64,000 nt of DNA from Octopus sinensis (lineage: Eukaryota). Location of the stretch: positions 141,050,001 through 141,114,000 of the forward strand of contig NC_042997.1 of assembly GCF_006345805.1 (NCBI RefSeq). The letters are read 5' to 3'. Shown in pieces: positions 1 to 10,770 of this stretch. The position numbers and the translations under genes are program-made. The notes beneath the pieces were generated by a model that was given only the letters and a program-made list of their open reading frames with translations, did not search any database and had not been told where the DNA came from. Every line of letters begins with the position of its first letter. Position 1 is the stretch's first letter.

Positions 1-70
1 TATATATATATATATATATAATATATATATATACAAATATACATATATATATGTAGATAGATAGATATGT
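1..70. repeat. (TA)n-rich microsatellite
   Basis: Direct reading. Confidence 0.95.
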
Positions 71-109
71 GTGTATATATGTACAAATATGTATACATGT
101 ATATATTCT

Positions 110-512
110 TTTATACTTTTATTCTTTTATTTGTTTCAGTCATTTGACTGCGGCGATGCTGGAGCACCGCGTTTAGTCGAACAAATAGACCCCCAGGACT
201 TATTCTTTGTAAGCCTAGTACTTATTCTATTGGTGTTTTTTGCCGAACCGCTAAGTTACGGGACGTAAACACACCAGCATCGGTTGTCAAGCGATGGTGG
301 GGCGACAAACACAGACACACAAACATATACATATACATATATATATATACCATGAGCTTATTTCAGTTTCCGTGTTCCAAATCCTCTCACAAGGCTTTGG
401 TTGGTCCGAGGCTATAGTAGAAGACACTTGACCAAGGTGCCACTCAATGGATCTGAACCAGTAACCTTGTGGTTGGTAAGAAAGCTACTTACCACACAGC
501 CACGCATGCGCC
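110..512 (-). mobile_element. tRNA-derived SINE, family 1 (full copy)
   Basis: The reverse complement has an A-box/B-box head (GTGGCTGTGTGGT...GGTTCAG), a central CA/TA microsatellite and a GACTGAAACAAATAAAAG tail. The same body recurs about 10 times in the window. Confidence 0.85.
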
Positions 513-1372
513 TAACTTGATATACTTATTACCAGTGAGCATATTTCTTACTCCAGCGATATAAATATTAATAAAATGTGCACAAACCTGTTTTTCTCGT
601 GGAAAGAACACATTATCTATACACATTATATAAACGGTCTAACGATGAAAGATTGTCCTGAACGCTCGCTGAGGTTGCTAAAAATAACAACGAAATATCA
701 CCCTATGTTACAAAGACATGGAATATCAAAAATACAATTCTGTTTACATTGTGCTTAGAAAAATGGGATGGTTTCGCCCAGAAAAAGCTTTGATCATAGT
801 TCGGATAAAACAGAGCTGATCTGCAGATATTAATAACTAGCTTTTCAAAAAGGTTTGGTATATTTATCTTTGTCGGATAGGTAGGTAAATAAGTAGACGG
901 TTGTAAAGAGGAATATATGTTTAGGAGCAGACATAGATAGAAAGAAAAATCTATTGACCGTTGATATACGAATGGATAGAATGAATAATAAATTGATACA
1001 GGAGGATAGCAAAAGATGTTTTAGAATGAAAGCGAAAGGTTATGAGATTTCAATGCAATACGTGTGACAGAGAAAGACGTTTATTTTAAAATTCTTTTTC
1101 TAGCTTCAGTTATTGAACTTTAGCTATGTTGTGTTATCGCCCCTTCGGGTTTTAGTATTTTCTGCACTGATTTTGAACCCAAACTTGGAGACACTCTTTT
1201 AAGATGGCAAATTAATTGAACTAATCCATCCTTGATTCCTTCTGTTCATCTATGTCAGTAAATCTAAAAATTACTTAGCTCCACCTGCAACAGCATGGTT
1301 TTCAAGGCCATCATTCACGATTCACGCCAGGAAATTGTTGAAGATACTGGCGGAAAGAAACGCATCAGCTCT

Positions 1373-1679
1373 GGTTGTGTGGAGGCACATGGCCTAATGG
1401 TTAGAGCAGCGGACTAGCGGTCGGGGGCTCGCGGGTTCGAATCTCAGACCGGGTGATGTGTTTGTTTTTGAGCAAAACACCTAAGCACCACGCGGCTCCG
1501 GCAGAAGGTAATGGCAAACTTCTGCTGACTCTTTCGCCACAACTTTCTCTCACTCTTTCCTCCTGCATCTTGCAGCTCACCTGCGACGGACCGGCGTCCC
1601 GTCCAGGTGGGGAACCTATGCGACACGGAAACCGGGAAACCGGCCCTTATGAGCCAGGCATGGCTCGAGAAGGAACAAA
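1373..1679 (+). mobile_element. tRNA-derived SINE, family 3, with 10-bp TSD
   Basis: A-box TGGCCTAATGG at 1390-1400, B-box GGTTCGAATC at ~1434. CATCAGCTCT is duplicated at 1363-1372 and 1680-1689. The 3' part matches the 25795-26022 copy. Confidence 0.85.
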
Positions 1680-1832
1680 CATCAGCTCTAGTGGATTCCT
1701 AAGTTGATGCAGAATTACATCGTAATGGTGCTTTGTGCGTGTTTTACACTTGTTGCTTTGATATGAAATTGATATAAAATAAGTCGAATTCTGTTCCACG
1801 ACGAATTTCACGAATAGAGCATCACGCAAGGA

Positions 1833-2240
1833 TTTATCTTTATCTCTTATTTGTTTCAGTCATTAGACTGCGGCCAAGCTGGAGCCCGATTTTGCAGATA
1901 TTTAGTCGAACGAAGCGACCCAAGTACTTACATTTTTAAACCTGGTATTTATTCTATCGATATCTTTTGCCGAAGCGCTAGGCTAACGTGACATAAACAC
2001 ACCGGTTGTCAAATGGTAACGGGTCAAACACAGATACAAAGACCACACACACACAGATACGTACACACACTCACACTCACACACGTGCGCGCACAGAAGA
2101 CGGTTTTTTCAGTTTCTACCCACAAAATCCATTCAAAAGGCTTTGGTCGGCTCGAAGCTATAGTAGAAAATAAATGCAGTGGAATTGAACACTGAACCAT
2201 GTGGTTGAGGAGCAAGCTTCCTACCACACAGTCACGTCTG
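1833..2240 (-). mobile_element. SINE family 1 copy
   Basis: Collinear with 110-512. Confidence 0.85.
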
Positions 2241-2249
2241 TGAATACAT

Positions 2250-2680
2250 GGCATTATTTCTCGCAGAGTGTGTGAAATTTGAAGAATTGCTCAGCAGTGA
2301 TTCTACCTTTGTAGAAGTTCGCTTGATCGTCGGCTGGAATGTTTTTTCCTAGATGCTCCAGTCTCTTCAGGGAGATTCGCAGCATTATCTTGCCAACAGT
2401 TTCATCGAGATCTCTCACTGTAGAAATACAGAGAAATGAGATATTACGACAAAAGCTTAGACATCTTGTACTTGAAGAACATCTGAAGCGAGCAGGCCCG
2501 CGAAGCCATACTGCATCACATTGGGTACCGTGAAGACATTACAACAGTGGAAAAAGGAGATCTGAGATTGTATGGCGATGAAACAAGCTCCATTGGCCTT
2601 GCAGAATCCATTTCTCGAAGAACTGTGGTAGAAAAAAAGGAGATACGGACAGGGGAACAGACTAGTAGGCATTAATAGTC
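2250..2680 (+). pseudogene. Decayed RTE-clade LINE 3' fragment (RT C-terminus)
   Basis: Frame-hopping translation EMRYYDKSLDILY...EDITTVEKGDLRLYGDETSSIGLAESISRRTV resembles the recalled RTE C-terminal pattern EMRCYRRLL.I...LLTTVKRRKLRWYGHV.RS.GLAKTILQGTV. Confidence 0.6.
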
Positions 2681-2838
2681 GAGCATTGTCACAAGTTTAT
2701 GCTCACACATACATACACATACGCACGCCCCCTATATATATATATATAACTTAGAATAACTTAACTTAGAAAGGTTTTGGCCAGTATTGGCCCAGGCCAT
2801 GTCTAACTTAATAGCACCACCTGGTGAAGTCTTTCAGT

Positions 2839-4902
2839 TCAGGATTTGGGCACCAAGGCCCATTCGAGCAGAGAGTTATTGTTTGCGGAGACATATCCAG
2901 GTGTGGGTGGTTTGTCCGGTACTGTTTGAAGGAATTTGTCCAAAGACTTCTTGAATTTTGTGTGGTCAGTTTCTTTTTTGACGTGCCCTGGTGTAATGTT
3001 GAAGAGAGCAGGTCCAATTGAGGTGAAATAGTTGTGCCGTATTGTCGTTATGTGATGCGATTTAGATTTTTGTTGTGGACGGATGGCACGTGGTCCAAGC
3101 CTTGGATGCATTTTGAAGGTGATGCCAACATCATTCGGACAGTGCTGGTGGAATATTTTCCACATCATACAGATAATGTAGCGTTCACGGCGTCGTTGGA
3201 GTGAATACAATTTCAGCTTCTCTAGTCTACCCCAGTAGTCAAGGTCTGACATGCCATCTATCTTTTTTGTGATTGACCTTTGGGGAGCTTCAATTCTCAT
3301 AATATTTTGTTTTGTGTAGGGAGACCACAGTGGACAGCAGTATTCAAGGTGGGGTCGGGCAAAAGTGGAGAAGAGAAGGATAATAGCGTGGGAATCTCTC
3401 GACTGGAAGGTTCTGAGAATCCAGGAACACATTCTGCGGGCCATGTCAACTTTGCTGCTTATATGTGTAGCCCAGCTTATGTTGTTGTCCACTGTTACTC
3501 CCAGGTCTCTGATGTTGTTGGATCCCATGAGAATTTCTCCAGAAGGAAGAGAGTATGGGAGTTTCAGAGCGTCCTCCCTTCCAAAGTGGATCAGTTCAAA
3601 TTTGTCTTCATTTAGCAACATGTTATTCTTTTCCACCCATTGGACAACAGCCAGTAGGTCTGACTGAAGGTTTATTCGGTCATCCACGCCATTGATGACC
3701 TTTTGGAGCTTGGAGTCATTAGCGAAGGTTCTGATGTTACTGTGTTTGATGGTATCAGTAATATCATTTATGTAGATGATGAAGAGAAGTGGGCCCAACA
3801 CAGTGCCTTGTGGGACACCACTGCTGACTTTGGCTGGTCTGGATTTGACTCCTTCGACTACAACATGTTGGGTTCTGTTAGACAGGAAGCACTTGATCCA
3901 CTGCAGCAACTTTCCAGTGACACCGATATTGGACAGCTTTCTCAGAAGGATCTTATGATCAACCCTGTCAAAGGCCTTGCTGAAATCAAGGTAGATGACA
4001 TCAGTGTTGGAACCTTCTCCCAAGGCTCTCAAAATGTCATCAAAATGATGCAGTAGCTGCGTCAGGCAATCTCTCCCATTATGGAATCCATGCTGGTTGG
4101 GGTTCAGCATATTATGACTCTCAAGGAAGTGAGTCATACGCGATCTCAGCACCCTCTCAAATACCTTGATGATATGAGAGGTGAGTGAGATTGGACGGTA
4201 ATTCACGGCAAGCGATTTGTTTCCTTTTTTGAAAACTGGGACAACAGACTGGGATAGAAGGTCCTCTGGTATATATCCAGCAACCAGTGAGTTCCGCCAC
4301 AGATTGGCTAGAGGGGGTGCAAGTTGGTTTTGACACATCTTCAAGACACAAGCAGGGAACCTATCGGGACCTACTGCTGAATTATGCTTCATTTCCTTTA
4401 TTGCTGCTAAGACATCAGGAGCGCCAAATGTTACGTCCGATAAAGTGTATTGGGGAGTAACATCACTGATACAGCCCAGATCAGTCATATCAGGATTGCT
4501 GAAAACAGAGCAATATTGTTTCTGCAATATCTCTCCCATGGTTTTGGCATTGTCTTGAAGAGTACCATTTTCATCAATCAGAGGGCCAACAGTAGAACCA
4601 GTGACTCTGTGTTTTTTTGCAAATGAAAAGAACACTTTGGGATTGAGTTTGATCTTCTCAATGGCCCAGGCCTCTTCAGCTCTTCGCTGACTATTGATGA
4701 TAGACATCATGTTGTTTTGGAGTTTATGTTTTTTAATCTCTAGCGACGAGATGGCAGTCAGGTTGGTGTGTTGCTGTTGACAGTATTTCAGCATGTTGAT
4801 CTTTTTGTTGATTCTTTTAATTTTCCTTATGAGAGATTTTCTATTTCTAGGGATTCGACACTTAGATTGTTTGCAGATCTTAATGGGGTGTGTCTTGCAC
4901 AT
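2839..4902 (-). pseudogene. LINE ORF2 reverse transcriptase portion (687 aa), catalytic motif FAND, separated from the endonuclease by a frameshift
   Basis: Motifs NYRPISLTS, LDFSKAFDRVDH, SGVPQGTVLGPLLF, FANDSKL, IRDLGV, LYSLQRRRERY. Confidence 0.93.
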
Positions 4903-6059
4903 ATGTTCGTGATGGTGTCTACAAGTGACTGCCAGGACTTTTTAATGTTAGTGGGTGTGTATGTGTGCGTGAAGGACCAATCGACTTGTGCAAGATCATT
5001 ATTGATCGCTTCCCAGTTTGCATTGTGGAAATCCATAGTGTCAAATGGATGAACAGGAGGGATGACATTTGTTTTGCATTTTGGCCAGTGAAATCTCAGA
5101 TCACAGAGAACCATGTCATGGTCGGAGAGTAGGGTTTTCTCCACTGCAATATTGTGGATAGTATCAGTGTGATTGCTGAAAATTAAGTCTAAGACGTTTT
5201 TGTGACATCTCGTTGGTTCGAGTACCAGTTGGGACAAGAAGAAGTCATCCATGAAGTCAAGAAGCGATTCCACTGCCTCCCTGTCAGGGGTTGAGAGAGA
5301 AGAACCTGGCGGCAGACTGTTTGTAGACCAGTCAACCCCGGGAAGGTTGAAGTCTCCCATCATTAAAATGTTGTCAGGTTGACACTGCTGAATGAAACAC
5401 TTTATGCTGTTGAGGCATTCCTTGAAGCATGGTAGGGGCGTTCGGGGTGGTCTGTAGAGCCCAACTACTGTTAAGTTGTTGGTTTGACTGAATACATCGA
5501 CTGCTTCGCAGTATCCATTCGAAAATATGTTCATGGCTTCTGTTGAGAATGAATCATGGACATAAATGGCAGTTCCACCCTTTCTTCTGCAAGCACGATC
5601 AGCACGAATGGTTTTGAAATTTTTAACTTTCACCTTGGCTTCCAAGTGGAGGTCACTAAGATGGGTTTTTTTATGTGAGTGGTTATCTTTAAATGTCCGA
5701 CGAGTCCCCGGGAGATGGGTAAAGGGGCAATCCCTGTGCAGACACAATCTGTCTCGCTGGGAATAGCGGCAGATTTGGGGATTCCTTGTTTGAGATATTG
5801 GTGGTTGTGGTGGTGTTGTATTATGGTGGCTGCTGTTGTAGTTTGTGGGGATAGAGCGTTTTGTTCCAGGTAAATGGGTGAATTTGCAGTCTCTATCAGT
5901 GCACAGTCTATGGCGAAGAGAATATCGGCAAATGATGTGGTTTCGAGTGGGTGTGTAGGTGCGTGTGTGTGTGTGTGAGTTGTGAAAGGTGTAGATGATA
6001 GTTTGTTGAAGTTTTGGCGACCTTTGTGACCTGTAGGAGGTAAATTCCTTGAGATAGCA
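4827..6059 (-). pseudogene. Open frame: two CCCH zinc fingers fused to an N-terminally truncated AP-like endonuclease
   Basis: The frame of track ORF 4827..5747 stays open upstream to a TAA at ~6060. It reads CRYSLRHRLCTDRDCKFTH (5930-5874) and CRYSQRDRLCLHRDCPFTH (5771-5715), then the APE motifs RADR..KGG, GLYRPP, MGDFN, LDLIF, SDH. Confidence 0.85.
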
Positions 6060-7001
6060 TTAGTAGTAGTAGTTGTAGTAGTAGGTAGAAGAGATGTTGA
6101 CAGTGGTAATGATTGAGGAGGTCGATTCCAAGACAAAGATGTTTGTCGATACATAGTTGGAGTAGTACTAGTAGTAGTAAGCAGAGGAGATGGTGTTGAC
6201 AATGATGATGATTGAGCTGCTGGGGCAGTGAAAGGATGGGGTGGTGCTTCCTGCTGTGTGACCCTGATGACTGGGGGTCAATCGTTTCGTTTAGCAAATC
6301 GGCCATTGTAGATGAATCGAGGAGTGGTTCATCCTGAGCTGGCAGAAGCGTTAGCACGCCGGGCGAAATGCTTTGCCGTATTTCGTCTGCGTTACGTTGT
6401 GAGTTCAAATTCCGCCGAGGTCGACTTTGCCTTTCATCCTTTCGGGGTCGATAAATTAAGTACCAGTTACGCACTGGGGTCGATGTAATCGACTTAATAC
6501 TTATGTCTGTCCTTGTTTGTCCCCTCTGTGTCTAGCCCCTTGTGGGTAATAAAGAAATAGGTTCATCCTGTTGTTGTTGCTATATCTGTTGTTGTTGTTG
6601 CCGCTGAGTTTGTTGTTGAGGTTGTTGTTGTTGTTGCCGCTGAGGTTGTTGCTGCTGAAGTTGTTGTTGTTGCTGTAGCTGTTGTTGTTGTTGTTGCCGC
6701 TGAGTTTGTTGTTGTTGAGGTTGTTGTTGTTGTTGTTGCGCCGGTGATGCGTTCGAAGAGAAAACACATCTCAGTTTATCGAAGTGTTTATTTATTAATT
6801 AAAAGCAACTTCGATTTGTTTTAATTTATTTTGTATCTGCTGTTCAGATCGAGTTTGCAAATGGTGAACTGCTCGTTTAGCAATTTCGCTCAGATACGAA
6901 GCACCTATGCTCTCTGTTTCGGTAAGGCCATGCCATGTGTTGATAAGAACGTCGACTTCATTATCAGACCAGTTTTTGTTGGATTTTTGGTGGCTAGCCA
7001 T
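6060..7001 (-). pseudogene. LINE ORF1 N-terminal part: Myb/SANT-like (trihelix-type) domain, polyQ, S/T/P-rich linker; frameshifted and SINE-interrupted
   Basis: ATG at 7001: NWSDNEVDVLINTW...IAKR...RSEQQIQNKLKQI, then after a 1-nt shift KHFDKLRCVF. 45 Q in 57 codons (6738-6568). After removing the SINE the polyQ frame continues QDEPLLDSSTMADLL. Confidence 0.65.
6337..6559 (+). mobile_element. SINE family 2 monomer inserted in LINE ORF1, TSD up to 11 bp
   Basis: GGTTCATCCTG at 6326-6336 and 6560-6570. Core GTCGACTTTGCCTTTCATCCTTTCGGGGTCGATAAATTAAGTACCAG is shared with about 15 copies in the window. Confidence 0.9.
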
Positions 7002-7450
7002 TCTGGTTGATATGTTTTATTAAATTTTATTTTGTTCGTTTGTTTTGTTGATTACTTTTAATTATTTTATTTTATTTTTTTTTTTAAGGAGAAGTATGTA
7101 GAATTGATTGTACAGAATGTTTGCTGTAATACTGAGAAGTTTGTATTTGAATTATGAGCTTGTAGTTATTTTATCTTTCTTTTCTTTTCTTTTTTTCCCT
7201 CTTTTTCTAATTTTTAATGTGTGGGTGATCCTTTAGTTATCAGAAGGTGTTTGAAAATATTTGGTCGTTTGAAAATTATGAAAATAGTTTGTGGTTAAGG
7301 AAAAGTCTACTCACGAGTTGGGAAAAAGCGTGGTTTCAAATATACAGGAATATATGTGATGGTCAATTACGACGAATGTAGCTGTGAAGCTTGCTGCTGA
7401 CCGGCGCAGAGAGGAGTAAAAACACGTCTTATCGTCTCAGCTTCAGGATG

Positions 7451-7503
<53 letters not shown>

Positions 7504-7655
7504 CACATACACGCCAGCATTCCGAACAGTTTTCATCTACTAAATACCAATTCAGAAAATAGGTATCAGCCCCAGGCCACCGTAGATGACACGTGTTCAA
7601 AGTTCTACGTAGTAAGATCGAACGCAGAACCAACTGGTTGCGAAGATAGATATTT
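7451..7655 (-). mobile_element. TA/TG microsatellite plus degenerate SINE family 1 head half
   Basis: Weak collinearity with the 360-500 part of the first SINE. Confidence 0.5.
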
Positions 7656-8887
7656 AAGGATAGATACATAGACTATGTGCGGAAACGAGTTAACTACGCA
7701 GATGAACTGCTTATCAGAGATAGAAGTAATAAAAAGCTAATAAGAAAAGAGATGCAAAAGGAAAATGAAATAAAGCCTAAACATTAGCCGAAGTTTAGAA
7801 TAATATACCCGCTTTTATCGCCTACTCCCTTGCTTTTCTTGCTCTGTCTGAATGTTATTTATAACCCATATGACCTTCGATTCATTGGAACTAATACATT
7901 TCAGAAACCTTTGTCCTTTCTGATGCATGACTACTCCCAAGCTGCCATAAACTTAACCAGTTGTAACTCTACTAAAACTTTACCTTCAAATTCAGCTGCT
8001 TGCCATATCAGTTTATATAATTACGAATATTGCTAGAATGTTGTATCCGTGTGTTAAGACACGTAAGGCCTTGAATTCCTGTTTGTGTTCGGTGGTGTTA
8101 TGGTGTAATGTATGACATGAGTCAAGTGAGTTTAATGTTGTGTGTATAGCATTAATAATGATGATAACGTTGGTATTTGAGGGATGAGGGTCATTGGTGT
8201 AGAAGGTGATGGTGACAGGTCAAACTGGTGTAACATTACAGAAATTTATTGAATTCCTTTTTACGGTCTTGTTCAGGTTTCTTCAGTGTCAGGAACAATA
8301 TTCTCTGTTCAAAACGAAATCAATAAACAACCGAATGAGAATAATTATGTTCTTTCTTGTATGATTTCTGCAAGTAAATGCCACGTTCTTTGTTATTTTG
8401 TACTTTAACAACTTTCGCAGAATATTTATTTAAAGATATCATTTGAAATGGCAAATAGAAAATAATTTCTGATCAGCAGTTCTTTGAATTTTAGCATTTC
8501 ATAATATTTCAAATGAGGTAACTTCTATACAGACAAGTAATCAACGAATTTTTAATGGGAATTATTAATAAAATACAAAAGTCTTATGTCTTCTGAAAGA
8601 TGGTATAGAATATTTTAAATCTGAGTCGTCAACCTAAAATCCTAGCATTGGTTAATTCTTTGAGGCAGTCTACTTTATTCCCAGTAGAATACTAATTAAA
8701 ATAGACCTACGTTTAGATGCATTCTAGCTATGATCACTTCGTCTTTTTTATGTCTGGTATTGAACATCTAGGACTGCGTTGTCCAATATGGGCTTCCTTT
8801 TTTACGACGATAGGGTGTAATTTGAGGTTGCTATTCATAGGAAGTCGAGCAACCATACAGAAGCTATCTCCCTGATGTGGTGGTAGA

Positions 8888-8960
8888 GAGTATTCCATCG
8901 AAGATAAACTAAAGTACTCTCAAACAAACAGTACTTTAGTTTATCTCCGATGGAGTACTC
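8888..8960. other. 73-nt near-perfect hairpin (31-bp stem, 11-nt loop)
   Basis: Arms 8888-8918 and 8930-8960 are reverse complements with 2 mismatches. Confidence 0.9.
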
Positions 8961-8973
8961 CTCCCCATCGCTC

Positions 8974-8977
<4 letters not shown>

Positions 8978-9020
<43 letters not shown>
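8978..9020. repeat. (CT)n microsatellite
   Basis: Direct reading. Confidence 0.95.
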
Positions 9021-9024
<4 letters not shown>

Positions 9025-9490
9025 ACCCCTTTCAAGCAGCAAAGGTGCTGATAATCACTTAATATAATTTACTAAGGAATAAAAGACAAGAATGCTTATG
9101 GAAGGTGAAATGCGATGTTGGGACGTTGATTCATTTCCAAAAGATAAAGATGCGATTCCTGCTGGGTAATGATTTTCTTCCCCATTCTATGGCGTTCATT
9201 ACTTTTCTGCTTTGCAATTAATACGGATTTCTTCTAAAAATACACTACTTCAAATAATTACTTGAGTTGCTAATATACATGAGAGAAGATTGTGAAAGTT
9301 GTATAATGATAACTTTTCATTCGTCGAAGCTCCACAATTTATTCTCCACCTAAAGGCTTACAGTATCGTGTACAATGTATGACAGAATATAATTATTTTA
9401 AAATTATTTTTAACGTAGTATGAGATTACTTCTTTATTGCAGATTGCTTCTGTTGTAATTTGAAAAAATAAAATCAAACATTACTATATA

Positions 9491-9880
9491 AGGCATGGCT
9501 GCGTGGTTAAAAAGTTCGCTTTGGAATCACGTGGCTTCAGGTCTAATTCCACTGCGCAGCACCTTGGATAAATGTCTTCTACTATAACTCCAGAGTGACC
9601 AATACTCTGAATTTGGTTGACAGGATCTGTGTGGGAGTCCATCGTGTAAATATATATATATACATACGTGTATGTATGTGTGTGTATGTGTGCGTGTTTA
9701 TCTCCCACCATTTGACAATCGGTTCTCCCTTCCTTGCGTTGCCGCAACATAAACGTTCTACATAAGACACCGATGAAATCAGTACCAGACTCTTAAGAAA
9801 TATGTACTGAGGTCAAGTAAACTCTTCAATGCGGTGCCTTACCATGGCCATAGTCCAATGACTGAAACAAGACAAAAGGC
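9491..9880 (+). mobile_element. SINE family 1 copy (diverged)
   Basis: Head GGCTGCGTGGTT...GCACCTTGG, tail AATGACTGAAACAAG. Confidence 0.8.
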
Positions 9881-10342
9881 ATGATGAATATAAGTGTTCG
9901 AAGAATATCCAAGTTTTATAATTATATAGTTGGGACCCATAGAACAAAGCTTTATATTTCGTGTTGGTCAGGTTGCCCATAGTTTAGATAATAGTAGAGA
10001 TTTACTGCTCTATATGACTACTTTCTTATTCTCTTTATTATTAAGCTGATTATTCAACCATCTTTCTTCCTGCTAGAGAGTAATAACCTTAAGTGATGAA
10101 CTGTATTAATGACAAAATCCGAACAGATTAACTCTTCTAATGCTATTAGTAATTCAGCCACTAAGCTGACTCGGTTTTCTTATGCTACGAATCTTTTCGT
10201 TGACTAAAATATGGTATTCCAATATCTATAAGAAGAAACTCACAAATGACTGATGTGCAAAAAAAAAAAAGCCTAAATTTATTTAGAGACTAGATTAAGC
10301 AAGCATAATGCGATACTCATTCCAAAATCTTTTAAAGTTTAT

Positions 10343-10606
10343 ATAGAAATTAGAGTCAGCACTGATCTCTATAGAAAAATCTGTAGAAATAACTTTAAAA
10401 AAGTTAGCAGTGCTATCCAATCACTTGGATAGCACTGCTAACAAAGGAAGGACACAGTATTAGCTTATAAGCCTTGAATACAATTGGTCGTATATTATGG
10501 TTACATAATGGAATATGGTGTCCCTACCAGCAGTTAATCTTTCAAATAAATATACTTGCCATAATTGACCACACGACATTATGATTCATTCCAAGACTAA
10601 GAGCCA
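10343..10606. repeat. 264-bp direct repeat, copy 1 (contains an 18-bp perfect hairpin)
   Basis: Matches 12026-12289; 4 mismatches counted by eye. Confidence 0.95.
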
Positions 10607-10624
10607 CAATGAGGCATTTGTTTC

Positions 10625-10770
10625 TTAACGATCTAGCTTCCTTTGCGGTATCGAATTATGATCTGAGTTCAAATCCCATCAAAGTCAGCTTTATTTTTCA
10701 TCCATTTGAAGTCGAAAAGAATAATGAAGTGCCAGTCAAGTGTTTGGGTCAATGGAATGGATTAATCAGC
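10625..10770 (+). mobile_element. Degenerate SINE family 2
   Basis: CTGAGTTCAAAT...TTTCATCCATTTGAAGTCGA...AGTGCCAG. Confidence 0.6.

Larger units (their letters stand above)
2749..7450 (-). mobile_element. Near full-length CR1/L2-group non-LTR retrotransposon (5' boundary approximate)
   Basis: ORF1 remnants, APE and RT lie in order on the minus strand. The short 3' UTR has a GGCCA-ATAC-TGGCC hairpin and a CTAAGTT-type repeat tail. (TA)n lies on both flanks. Confidence 0.85.

Noticed and set aside
1385-1460. SINE heads as tRNA genes (here and in other copies)
   Set aside because: A/B boxes are present but there is no closed acceptor stem, and each continues into a SINE body.
3280-4056. Four plus-strand ORFs
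   Set aside because: Antisense shadows of the RT coding region.
5908-6474. 188-aa track ORF as a real gene
   Set aside because: It starts inside the antisense strand of the inserted SINE; only DEPLL...ETID belongs to the reconstructed ORF1.
8235-8310. Possible minus-strand exon RILFLTLKKPEQDRKKEFNKFL
   Set aside because: Acceptor is plausible, but the donor is weak and there is no homology support.
10395-10445. Hairpin plus T-run as an intrinsic terminator
   Set aside because: The context is eukaryotic repeat DNA; no bacterial gene organisation.
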